Program-made: the position numbers and the translations under genes
Assembly (NCBI GenBank): GCA_963810935.1
Contig: CAWEPK010000007.1
Coordinates: 320,001 to 384,000, forward strand
Source of the DNA: an uncultured delta proteobacterium
GTDB taxonomy: Bacteria > Desulfobacterota > Syntrophorhabdia > Syntrophorhabdales > WCHB1-27
DNA: 64,000 bases
Direction: 5' to 3'
Part shown: positions 1 through 9,125 of the stretch, in pieces
How the letters are laid out: each line of letters begins with the position of its first letter
Position numbering within the stretch: the first letter of the stretch is position 1
Notes under the pieces: model-generated
What the model was told of the DNA's origin: nothing
Seen by the model: only the letters and a program-made list of their open reading frames with translations
The model's database searches: none

Positions 1-424
1 GTTTTCACCTACCAGTCGCACCCATGCCTCATTCCATAAAAATCACAATAACCAGCAAAAGGCGGTAACGCTCGATGTAACGAGGCAGTAAACTAAACGG
101 CGAGGCCCGGCTTCCTTATCTAGACTCGTCCATGCCCCCGCCATTGGGGAAAAGTATTTTCTAAATATCGTTTCAACCCGCTTAAGTTTTCCCTTGACTT
201 CGTGTATAACAGTGTATTACACTGTATGAGAGAAGGGATGAGGCAGGCGATGCGAAAGAAACCAGGGAAGACAGAGATGAAACTCTTTGAGGAAAAGATT
301 GAAGAAATCAAGTCACATAGATTGATGGTCTTACAGGCGTAGACCGCCTATCGCGCCGTTGCCGGCCCTTTGCGTGCGGGTTTGCAGACGAAGGCTTTCA
401 AAGCGTGTCACGCTGGAGGAAACA

Positions 425-595
425 ATGAGACTGGTAAAGGGCGTTATCGCAGCCACACTCTTCTGGGTGGCCTGGTGCAATACATTGTGGGCCGTCGTCG
501 CGGTTCCGGAAATCAATCCCGCCTCCGCCTCTTCCGCAATAGGCCTTATCGTTTGTGCCTTACTGATCCTTTTGGACAGGCGGATGAAGGGCTGA
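425..595 (+). CDS. Small exported protein with VPEID-CTERM-like (PEP-CTERM family) sorting signal
   Basis: GGAGGA RBS before ATG 425. The 56 aa consist of a signal peptide, VPEINPASASSAIGL, a TM helix and a basic tail (DRRMKG). Confidence 0.65.
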   Translation: MRLVKGVIAATLFWVAWCNTLWAVVAVPEINPASASSAIGLIVCALLILLDRRMKG

Positions 596-639
596 AGGGT
601 CATGTCCGGTCTCGCCGTTAGGATGATCCCACCTTGGCG

Positions 640-1420
640 GTGATTGCCGGAAGTTGCGGTGGGCAACAGGCCGTCAAGGGCTGACCCCTATGCTTTATAC
701 GGACTTCAGGAAGAACACCTCTGGCGCCCCTCGCGACCAGGCCTCAAAGATTACGCCCCGGGGCCTCGGTCTTCCAGTATTCACTAGTTGTCATGGCGAT
801 CCCTCGAAGACCGCTCGTACAGAGGACTCAAGCCCCTATGCACAGCGCCGCGTGACACCTGCGTTTGTCTCGTTGATCAGCCACCCTGCCGGGACCGACC
901 ACTTGAAGTACTGCCCCTGCCTTGGCTGCAAGGTCGGGAAGGTCTGGCTGGAGGCACACCTCTCGGGGAGCCAAAAGGAAGCGAGGAGCAGAGTGGCCGC
1001 CGCCAGGATTGCGGGCCCTCTTCCAGACCGGGGTGCTGCCGGAAGTTGTTGCAGTGTCATTGGCTTATCTCCTATTGCAGTCCGCACTCCATTAAGACCG
1101 CGCGGACAGACAACATCCATCATGCCACTTCGATCTTCACTTGCGCTTTTTAGGCTTCGTCCAGACGGCTAGCAGCACAATACCAAAGATCACGAACAGC
1201 ACCACGCACCCGATGCCGATGCCTCCCGCGACTGTGGCCCCGGCGCGTATGGCATCGCCCTATTTTATCATAAGCGGGATGGAGACCCCCAGAATGACGG
1301 CGGCGCCCAGTATCACGAGGAAGAAGGCCTTCCACTCCAGGTACCTTCAGCCTTGCCCCTCTCGTACGCCTGCCTTCCGACAAGGAGCATCAGGAACAAA
1401 CGAATCAAGTCCATGTACGC
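640..1420 (-). pseudogene. Degraded remnants of an exported protein and a small membrane protein
   Basis: Short broken ORFs with signal-peptide-like and hydrophobic stretches (GPAILAAATLLLAS; FFLVILGAAVILGVSI; GIGCVVLFVIFGIVLLAVW), interrupted by stops and frame changes. Confidence 0.3.
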
Positions 1421-1767
1421 CACCTACAGTTATTTTCGGCTATCACACGAGGTTCCTTTTGCCAAACATTGCCTCATCGCCAACCGCCGATGTTATCACC
1501 TCGTGATAGCATCTTGCAAGGGAAAACTCTGATCGAACAGAAACGCAGCGCAGATCGATGCTTTGGCTGTTTCGCTCGATATCATCCACGGGCTCACTGT
1601 GCTGGGATTGGCCGGCCGATCCGACTCCTCTTTAATGCCATCACGAATGGTTAACTTTATTGTGCGCGGTTGCGTTGTGGTTTGCAGGAAGGACGCCTGC
1701 TGCGAGGCCCGTGCACCTTCGGTGCCCCTTACATCCCTAAATGGAAGAGGTCCGGCGTAGGGGGCAA

Positions 1768-1860
1768 GCTAAGGTAGTCAATACCTAAACGGCTGTCAGT
1801 AGAATTCCCGCATGATCTCTGCGCGGCGGTTGTTGCGGTAGATCACGCCCAACGGATAGC
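1768..1860 (-). repeat. Diverged duplicate of the oxidoreductase beta gene 3' end and its downstream spacer
   Basis: 1768-1817 matches 3016-3065 at 44/50 nt. Encodes YPLGVIYRNNRR..EIMREFY*, versus IPLGIIYRNDRP...GIMREFY* in the intact gene. Confidence 0.8.
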
Positions 1861-1892
1861 CATGACAATGATGTGCTCTTGATCGCCCGGTA

Positions 1893-2261
1893 TCAACCGT
1901 CCTCATCCTCGCCTTCATAAATGCAGCCCGATTCAGGACTTTCCTGCACGATGAGCTTGCAAAGGCCCGGAAGGGATGGTTTAAGGCGCTTCCATATCCA
2001 GCGGGCCAGGTTCTCAGATGTCGGATTCTCAAGGCCCTCTATATCGTTCAGGCACCGATGGTCCAACTGGTCGTGGAGGGGGGCAAACGCCTTGGCTATG
2101 TCTGCAAAGTCCATGACCCACCCGGTGCGTGGTTGCAGGGGTCCTCTGATATGGACCTCGATCCGGAACGCATGACCGTGCATGCGTGAACATTTGTGGC
2201 CCACCGGAACATTGGGGAGGAGATGGGCCGCATCTACCTTGAACGCTTTAAAGATTATCAT
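1893..2261 (-). CDS. queD: 6-carboxy-5,6,7,8-tetrahydropterin synthase
   Basis: AAH..P..H.CSRMHGH, LDHR.LND and ENPTSEN motifs; adjacent to queE. Confidence 0.93.
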   Translation of the reverse strand: MIIFKAFKVDAAHLLPNVPVGHKCSRMHGHAFRIEVHIRGPLQPRTGWVMDFADIAKAFAPLHDQLDHRCLNDIEGLENPTSENLARWIWKRLKPSLPGLCKLIVQESPESGCIYEGEDEDG

Positions 2262-2271
2262 TCCGTCCTCG

Positions 2272-2922
2272 CTATGGTATTCCCAGGAGCTTGTGGGTCT
2301 GCAGGCTTAGCCGCCATTGGGGATGCTCCAGGCAGTATCTGACCGCCAGCCTTGTATTTTCCCCACGCATCGAGCCGTCTCTGGGTTGAAGGAAGAAGTA
2401 CCTGAAATCAAGCTCCTCATATTGCTCCGGCTCCGCTCCCCTCTGGGGAAACACCAGCTTTAGCTCGTCGCCCACCGTGACCTTCAAAGGCGCTCCCGCC
2501 TTAGGGCTGACGCAGGTCCAGTCTATTCCGGCGGGGGGCATGATCGTCCCGTTCGTTTCGACGGCCACCTCGAATCCGACCGCGTGGAGAGCCTCAATCA
2601 GCGGCTCATCCAATTGAAGCAGCGGCTCGCCCCCGGTGCAAACAATCAGGGGACGAACGTGTGCCCACCGAACAGGCGGGAGGAGGCGAGCTGCCGATTC
2701 AGCCAACTGTTGCGGATCGATATATTCTCCGCCATCAGGTCCGTCAGTGCCCAGAAAATCAGTGTCGCAGAACGTGCATACGGCCCCCCGCCGGTCCTCC
2801 TCTTTTCCCGACCACAGGTTACAACCGCTGAACCGCAACAAGACGGCCGGGCGGCCGACGTTCGCGCCTTCACCTTGAAGTGCATAGAGAATTTCCTTTA
2901 CCAGGTACGGAAATTCAGTCAA
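2272..2922 (-). CDS. queE: 7-carboxy-7-deazaguanine synthase (radical SAM, CX14CX2C type)
   Basis: LQGEG, RFSGCNLWSG..CTFCDT, TGGEP, ETNGT, SPK and SLQTHK motifs. Start placed at TTG 2922. Confidence 0.92.
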   Translation of the reverse strand: MTEFPYLVKEILYALQGEGANVGRPAVLLRFSGCNLWSGKEEDRRGAVCTFCDTDFLGTDGPDGGEYIDPQQLAESAARLLPPVRWAHVRPLIVCTGGEPLLQLDEPLIEALHAVGFEVAVETNGTIMPPAGIDWTCVSPKAGAPLKVTVGDELKLVFPQRGAEPEQYEELDFRYFFLQPRDGSMRGENTRLAVRYCLEHPQWRLSLQTHKLLGIP

Positions 2923-3043
2923 TGCTTCCCCCGATATTTCACCGGCCCCTCCAGCCCTCCACACGTGTCAAAGGTTACCATCGCTGACTCTGCACTGCAA
3001 GACCGGGAGGACTCGGCTAAGGCAGTCAATCCCCAAACAACTA

Positions 3044-3894
3044 TCAGTAGAATTCCCGCATGATCCCCGCGAGGCGGGCGGGGTCGAAGGACGACTGCCG
3101 CTGCGGGCGGCGTGGTCCTGTCGGCGCGGGCTGTGTAAGGCGGCCGGTCGTTGCGGTAGATTATGCCCAGGGGGATTTTATCGGGGGGTTCCAACGCCTT
3201 TGCGAAGGCGGCGGCCCTGTTTGTGGGGTCGTATGAGGCGTCGAGGTGGTAGACCCTGTCGGCGAACCATTGGTACGTGTTGACCTGGTTGAATGTTACG
3301 CAGGGCTGGAGGATGTCGAGGAGCGCGAAGCCTTTGTGGTTGATCGCCTCCTTCATCATCAGGGCGAGGTGGTCCCGGTCGCCTGCGTAGCTTCTGGCGA
3401 CGAAGCTGCAATCGAGCGCTATCGCCAGGGCGAGCGGGTTGAGCGGGAGCGGCGGGCGCGCCTTCCGGCTGGGCCTTCGTCTTCATGCCCATCATCGAGG
3501 TGGGGGACGCCTGCCCCTTGGTGAGCCCGTAGACTTGGTTGTCGTGGACGAAGAACTTGACGTCGATGTTGCGCCTGATCGCGTGGATGAGGTGGTTCCC
3601 TCCTTCGCCGTAGGCGTCGCCGTCTCCCGCGACTGCGATGACGGGCGTGGGCGCGCCTGCGAGCCTGATGCCCGTTGCAACGGGCAGGCCCCTGCCGTGC
3701 AGCCCGTTAAATGTGTTGCATCGCGTATAGTGCGGGAACTTGCCTGCCTGGCCTATGCCTGATACGACGATGAGCTGGTGCGGCTCGAGGCCGAGGTCCG
3801 CCATCGCTTTTTTAAAGGCGCCGAGGATGCCGAAATTGCCGCACCCCGGACACCAGGCGGGCGTGACGCCGTCGAACTTACCCGAGTCTGCCAT
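3044..3894 (-). CDS. 2-oxoacid:ferredoxin oxidoreductase beta subunit (two apparent frameshifts, ~3455 and ~3100)
   Basis: WCPGCG, SGIG, HGR, GDGD, NQVYGLTKGQASPT and LQPCVTFN motifs spread across frames; overlaps the alpha subunit stop. Confidence 0.9.
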
Positions 3895-5593
3895 CCAACT
3901 CCTCCAGAAGCTCATCCAGCAGGTACGGCCTGCCGTCGTATTTGTTGACCGCCGCAGCGCACGAAAAGCCCGTCTCCGCAGCAAGCAGCCGGGCGAACTG
4001 GGACGTCGCGTTGTTCTCGACGGAGATCGTCTTTTTCGCGGCCTTCAGGATTCCGAGGTAGTCGAGGCTGTCCGTTAAAGGGAAGGGCCAGATTTCGCTG
4101 AAGTGGAGAAGGGCGATCTCCTTGCGGCCGGCGAGGCTATCGACCGCCTCCCGCAGCACGCCGTGATTGCTCCCCCAGCCGACGAGCACCACGTCGGGTG
4201 CGCGGCTGCCGTAGAGCAGGGGAGGGGCGATCTCCTTGCGCAGTGCCGGCAGCTTCAGGAGCAGCCGCTTCTGCACCATCTTTACGCGGGTACGGGCGTC
4301 CTCGATCAGGTGGCCTTCCTCGTTGTGCTCGTCGCTGTCATCGACGACGAGGGCGGGCCCTGCGCCGGGGATCGCGAGGGGCGATATGCCGGAAGGGGTG
4401 AAGGCGTACCGCTTGTATGACGCGCCTGCTGCTGCGGCATCGCGCAGACGGTAGTCCTTGTAGACGATCTTCGCGGTCTCGATCCCGTCGTATGTCCAGG
4501 ATGAGTCGGCAAGGTACTGGTCCGTCAGCACGAAGGCGGGTATCTGGTATTTCTCCGCCAGGTCGAAGGCCTTGTTCGTCAGAAAGACGGCCTGCTCGGG
4601 CGTGCCCGGCGCAAAAAGCGCCCTCGGGAACTCCCCGTGGCCTGAGTGCAGGACGAAAAGCAAATCACCCTGCTCGGTGCGCGTGGGAAGCCCGGTCGAT
4701 GGGGCGGGCCTTTGGCCGACGACGATCACGACGGGCGTCTCCGTCATCGCCGCCAGCGAGACGCCTTCGACCATGAGGGCAAAGCCCCCGCCCGCGGTAG
4801 CAGTCATGGCGCGCCGTCCTGCGTAGGATGCCCCGATGGCCATGTTGATCGCCGCGATCTCGTCCTCCGCCTGCTCCACGACGATGCCGTATTCCTTCGC
4901 TTTGGCGGCCATATAGAGGAGCACGCCGGTGGACGGGGTCATCGGGTAGCCGGAATAGAAGCCGCAGCCGGACAGCACAGCGCCGACGCCGACGCCTGCG
5001 TTGCCGTCGATCAGCATGCGGGCCGGGCCGGGCGGGGCCTTAGTGAAGCTGCACTGCGTGCAGTGGGCGGCCGCGTAGTCGCGCCCTCTTTCGGCGGCCT
5101 TCCGGTTCTCCTCTACGGCCGCATCGCCTTTCTTGCGCATCTGCCTGTTTATGACGTCCATGTAGACGTCGAGAGGCAGGCCGAGCATGCCGAGCAGCGC
5201 GCCCGTTGCAACCGTGTTCGCCATGATCCTACTGCCGCCGTCCTGCGTTGCCAGCTCTACGAACGGCACCTCCAGGAACTGCGGGCCTTCGTGGTGCTCC
5301 TTGAGCATCGCGGGGTCGTAGACGATTATGCCCGACGGGGCGAGTTTGCCGCCTGTCTCGCCGATACTCGCCCTGTCGAAAGCGAGCACGATATCGGCGC
5401 AGTCGCGCGAGCAGCCGACGGGTGAGTCCGACACCCTGACCTGGACAAAATTGTGCCCGCCCCTTATACGCGACTCGTAGTCCTGGTGGATGAAGACGTA
5501 GTAGCCCGACCTGGTAAAAATCTTCCCCAGGGCATCGCCGATAGTCTGCATGCCCTGTCCGGCTTCCCCGCCGATGCGGATGGTATAGTCCAA
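3878..5593 (-). CDS. 2-oxoacid:ferredoxin oxidoreductase alpha subunit (with fused gamma domain)
   Basis: GGEAGQG, YESRIRGGHN, GYPMTPS, EQAEDEIAA and TGLPTRTEQGD motifs. TTG 5593 with GGAGGG RBS. Confidence 0.93.
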   Translation of the reverse strand: MDYTIRIGGEAGQGMQTIGDALGKIFTRSGYYVFIHQDYESRIRGGHNFVQVRVSDSPVGCSRDCADIVLAFDRASIGETGGKLAPSGIIVYDPAMLKEHHEGPQFLEVPFVELATQDGGSRIMANTVATGALLGMLGLPLDVYMDVINRQMRKKGDAAVEENRKAAERGRDYAAAHCTQCSFTKAPPGPARMLIDGNAGVGVGAVLSGCGFYSGYPMTPSTGVLLYMAAKAKEYGIVVEQAEDEIAAINMAIGASYAGRRAMTATAGGGFALMVEGVSLAAMTETPVVIVVGQRPAPSTGLPTRTEQGDLLFVLHSGHGEFPRALFAPGTPEQAVFLTNKAFDLAEKYQIPAFVLTDQYLADSSWTYDGIETAKIVYKDYRLRDAAAAGASYKRYAFTPSGISPLAIPGAGPALVVDDSDEHNEEGHLIEDARTRVKMVQKRLLLKLPALRKEIAPPLLYGSRAPDVVLVGWGSNHGVLREAVDSLAGRKEIALLHFSEIWPFPLTDSLDYLGILKAAKKTISVENNATSQFARLLAAETGFSCAAAVNKYDGRPYLLDELLEELDGRLG

Positions 5594-5706
5594 TGTTTCG
5601 GTCCCTCCGGTTCCGGCCCCACACAGTAAATGGAACCTGACGCTTTTAATCGAAGTGTAGGGGTGCTGGTACGCATTGTCAAGAAATAAGGGGGGCCGGA
5701 ATTGCG

Positions 5707-5853
5707 GGGGCCGGGGCAGGCCGGGATCTTTTCGCGCCCTTCGCGTCGTTTCCTTGGTCGCGAGTCCTCGCGTACACACAACGTACGCTACGGCTCGCTC
5801 GGTCGAAAACAACGCGAATTGCATCGAAAATCTCTCCGGCCTGCCCCGGCCCC
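5707..5853 (+). repeat. Palindromic interspersed repeat family A, copy 1
   Basis: GGCCGGGATCTTTT...TCCTC(G/A)CGTACAC..CGTACGCT...AAAATCTCTCCGGCC, with terminal inverted repeats. Confidence 0.85.
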
Positions 5854-5899
5854 GTTTGTGCAGGATGGTTTGGTTAGGATTGGAACGGCTGGCCGCGTG

Positions 5900-6118
5900 C
5901 TATGACGCTTTCTTCCATTCCAGCGAGAGCTTGCGGCCGGACGCGGCGCAATCCCTCAAATAAAGGTTGATCAGGGTTTGATAAGGGATACCGGCGTCTG
6001 CCGCCAATGCCTTAAAGTACTTGACAGTTTCTTCATCAAGCCTGATCGTTACCTGTTTCTTGAGAAGGTGCGCGTAAGGGTTCTTCTTCGCCTTAGAAAA
6101 ATCATATTCCTTTCTCAT
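5900..6118 (-). CDS. BrnA-family (RHH) antitoxin, orphan
   Basis: MRKEYDFSKAKKNPY..KKQVTIRLD..YFK..GIPYQTLINLYL. Confidence 0.85.
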   Translation of the reverse strand: MRKEYDFSKAKKNPYAHLLKKQVTIRLDEETVKYFKALAADAGIPYQTLINLYLRDCAASGRKLSLEWKKAS

Positions 6119-6126
6119 GTAACTAC

Positions 6127-6155
6127 AGTGTAAATACAAATGCGGGACTTGTCAA
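6127..6155 (-). promoter_or_regulatory. Sigma70-type promoter of the antitoxin gene
   Basis: TTGACA-17nt-TACACT ending 8 nt before the ATG; overlaps the imperfect palindrome TTGTATTTACAC. Confidence 0.6.
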
Positions 6156-6600
6156 ATTGGTCCGGAAGGGAGGGGCCTGACCCGGCCCTTCGCCCGTCAC
6201 GTTAGTCAACTACGTTCCCTATTTGTATTGTTATATATTACGTTGATGCGTATGAGAGAAACGGATGAACATGCCCCTTTAGAGGAAATGTTTTAGGGCG
6301 GGCAGTCATTGTCAAGAATTATGGGCTCGCGCGGGTAAGATGGGGCGGGATCTTTTCGCGGCTTTTCCCTGTCTCTCGGGGCTGTCGCGGACGTGGTATA
6401 TTATCGGAGTGGGCTGTCATTGTTTCTTATCCGGCAGCATAATTCTACGTGAAAAAGCGTTCAAATACCCGAGAAACGGTATGAATAAAGTGGAAGGATT
6501 CAACTGGATATAGTGTTATAAGTTCGCATCTCGATAGTGTATCGATTACATTGTAGAGGGAAAGCTTGACAATTGCGCAGTAATATCGATATTGTACTAC

Positions 6601-6676
6601 AGTAGAGCGTGGCATGCTCTGCTCCTTGGGCGCTTGAGACCGGGCCGAGAAACCTACCTCAAGCGTCCTTTCTTTA
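6601..6676 (+). ncRNA. Candidate small RNA (two hairpins and a U-tail)
   Basis: TTGACA at 6566-6571, 18 nt, then TATTGT. Hairpin 6601-6623, then an 11-bp hairpin 6628-6668 followed by TTTCTTT. No ORF. Confidence 0.4.
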
Positions 6677-6761
6677 TTATTCCTTACACAGCCCTTTACA
6701 TGTGCCGCCTAGTAATACAAATCACAACATTGTAATAAACTGACCAGCCGGGTTACCTTCT

Positions 6762-8036
6762 TCAGTCGTCGAAGTTGCCCCCCGACCCCTTCGCGCCTAG
6801 CCCTTTTCCACGCTCGACGATCTTATCTTTCGTCCACTCTTCCGGCTTCTCTATCTGCTTGCCCTTGGGCCCCAGGTCGTAGGAGCCTGCCGAAAGGAGC
6901 GCCTCGATGCCGAGGTCGGCCGTGTCTGCGCCGTTGAGCACCTTGGTCATCATCTTGTACGCGAATTCCTCGACTGCCTTCGCCATCCCTTCGCGGACTG
7001 CGGCGGGCTGCGCAAGCAGCTTGTTCTCGAAAGGCAGGTTAAGGTTCTTATAGTCGCCCTTCTTCCAGCCCTTGCCTTCCGCGTAGGCGATCATCTCGGC
7101 CCACAACTCGTCCGTCATGCCTTCGCCCTTGCGCTTGATGAAGTTGCCGTTCGGGTCGAGCTGGGCGTTTCCGTAGTCGTTGACCTCGACCCCCCATGAG
7201 ATGAACTGGAGGGCGGTGGCCACGTTCGCCTTGGTCGTCGCCGTCAGGTTCGCGATCTGGCGCAGCCGCTCGGAGCTGTTGCCGGACGTGCCGTGCTGCG
7301 CCCCGCTGATGCTGTAAGGGGTGAGGGCCTTGTGGATCTCCGCTGTAAGCTCGACCTGGATGCCCGCGTCGGACGCCTCGATGCCGTGCGTCGTGCCGTT
7401 GTTCAGGGCTATCCAGTCGGGGAAGATGCCGTTGGCGTTGAGGCCCTGGATGAGGAACATGGCCTCGGGCACTGTCGAGAGGCCCTCCTTGCCCTTAATC
7501 TCGCCGACTTCCGTCTCCAGGCCCGCCCATTTCGGGACGAACGGGTTCAACTCGAGGTTGGCGAGCAGGTTCTGATCGTCGAACAGATGCGACGCGTCGA
7601 TGGCGATTGAGGTCAGCCCTGCCTCGAACATCGTCGGTATCTCGACCTTCGCGGAGGCGACGTCACCCGCGCTCTTGATGCCGTAATGGTCCGCGTGGAC
7701 CGCGACGGGCACGGTGATGCCCATCTCGTCGCACAGGGTATCGACGATGCGCGCCATGTTCCAGTAATTGACCGCGCAATACGCCTTCTGCCCGCCTTCC
7801 GACTTCGCTATCTCGATGATGACGGCGGCGCGGGCGCGCTGGGCGGCCCGCAAAGCACCCCGGACGACGAAGTAATTCCTGCCGTTGCACGCCATCGCTA
7901 TTGCCTTCCCCTTGGCGCGCATGGCCCGGTCGATGACCTTGCCGCTGACGATGAGCGCCTTGGAGTTGGGGAAAAGCTGTTTAATGTTGGGGGGACGGAA
8001 TTGAAGCGCCTTTTCGAAATCTGCTGAATAAGTCAT
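6762..8036 (-). CDS. fba: Class II fructose-bisphosphate aldolase
   Basis: VHADHY, IDASH, ETEVGEI, NGTTHG, AQHGTSG and KANVAT motifs. ATG 8036 with AAGGAG RBS. Confidence 0.9.
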   Translation of the reverse strand: MTYSADFEKALQFRPPNIKQLFPNSKALIVSGKVIDRAMRAKGKAIAMACNGRNYFVVRGALRAAQRARAAVIIEIAKSEGGQKAYCAVNYWNMARIVDTLCDEMGITVPVAVHADHYGIKSAGDVASAKVEIPTMFEAGLTSIAIDASHLFDDQNLLANLELNPFVPKWAGLETEVGEIKGKEGLSTVPEAMFLIQGLNANGIFPDWIALNNGTTHGIEASDAGIQVELTAEIHKALTPYSISGAQHGTSGNSSERLRQIANLTATTKANVATALQFISWGVEVNDYGNAQLDPNGNFIKRKGEGMTDELWAEMIAYAEGKGWKKGDYKNLNLPFENKLLAQPAAVREGMAKAVEEFAYKMMTKVLNGADTADLGIEALLSAGSYDLGPKGKQIEKPEEWTKDKIVERGKGLGAKGSGGNFDD

Positions 8037-8486
8037 AAGAGATTCTCCTTTCACGAGAAGGAATATAACTCTTTCCGACAATTGGATTCTAAGATAAATT
8101 GGCGAGAATGTCGAGTGCTGCGAAAAGCGCGGCGATTACCGGCCTCAGGGGCAGCCAGCCAAGGCACCCGCCGGCTCGTCCTCCCGAGCTAACGGTCCCG
8201 GCACCGCCCTGCATGATGGCAGGGGTCGGTGACGCCTAAACGAGCTCAAGATCCTATCCGGTCCAATTTCTGTTTCTATCCATTTTAGAGCGGTAATGAT
8301 AGCCTCCAATGATTAATTGGGGTCCCAATTAAACTCACTGAGTTTATCCACCCCATATGTCGTATTATACGCAATGGACCTGCGCGCCAAGTTTGCCACC
8401 CTTTTTGTTGATCTTTTATAAGATAGGGATGTAAAATCGAAGAATATGTATAATGTGTATAAAAAAAAGCGGTTAGCGATTAGAAG

Positions 8487-9080
8487 ATGGGGATAAGAAC
8501 GACACCTACGGAAATGCACTGGAATTACTTCCTTTCCACTGAAGCGGACCTGATCCGGTTATCTCGCTTCATTGAATTTCACCCGAAGAACTACAATTGC
8601 TTTTCCGTTGAAATGGCTAGACTCCTAATGGCCTCCGCCGCTGAAGTCGACGTCGTCTGCAAAGAGCTCTGTAGAGCGATCAACCCCGCATCCCGGGCGG
8701 GTTCCATTAATCAGTACAGGGATGAGATCGTGCATGCTTTTCCCATGATCCCCAAGTTCGAGGTTCTCATGCCGCGACACGGCCTGCGCCTTAAGCCGTG
8801 GACGAATTGGGGACGGCCAAATAACCCTCCCGCCTGGTGGACGGCCTATAACAAGACGAAGCATCATAGACACACCGATTATCATAAGGCGTGCCTCAAG
8901 AATGTACTCAATGCCGTTTCCGGGCTTTTCGTGATCTGTTTATATCTCAACAAGGACAGGGCCGAGGCGGGGGAGCTTACGCCTTCGGCTGTGGTGTTAC
9001 GACCGAACGAGAAAAGATTCAGAGGAATTCATCATGGAGGGCTGGAGTTTGCAATCGTGTATAGACTAGGAGACCGTTAA
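8487..9080 (+). CDS. Cassette hypothetical protein (WWxAYNxxKHxR motif, possibly HEPN-like)
   Basis: Intact 197-aa ORF between GTTAGCG and CGTTAAC. Confidence 0.75.
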   Translation: MGIRTTPTEMHWNYFLSTEADLIRLSRFIEFHPKNYNCFSVEMARLLMASAAEVDVVCKELCRAINPASRAGSINQYRDEIVHAFPMIPKFEVLMPRHGLRLKPWTNWGRPNNPPAWWTAYNKTKHHRHTDYHKACLKNVLNAVSGLFVICLYLNKDRAEAGELTPSAVVLRPNEKRFRGIHHGGLEFAIVYRLGDR

Positions 9081-9092
9081 CAAGGCGCTGAA
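9074..9092 (+). repeat. Truncated attC (left arm only)
   Basis: CGTTAAC-AAGGCGCTGAA overlaps the stop codon. The R'' is near-complementary to the cassette start GTTAGCG; the right arm is absent. Confidence 0.5.
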
Positions 9093-9125
9093 TGACGCAA
9101 TCTATTGGAAAGCAATAGAATCAGC

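Noticed and set aside
194..342. Promoter with ACAGTGTA-T-TACACTGT palindrome and a 30-aa ORF
   Set aside because: Plausible operator, but the ORF is too short and featureless to call.
5594..5824. N-terminal extension of the oxidoreductase alpha ORF in the track
   Set aside because: It reads through a repeat element; the RBS-supported start is TTG 5593.
8187..8242. Possible extra attC (GCTAAC...GGTGACGCCTAAACG)
   Set aside because: No GTTRRRY right end and poor L-box pairing; at most a degraded remnant.
8082..8470. Integron integrase upstream of the cassette array
   Set aside because: Only ~400 bp, with no ORF bearing tyrosine-recombinase motifs.
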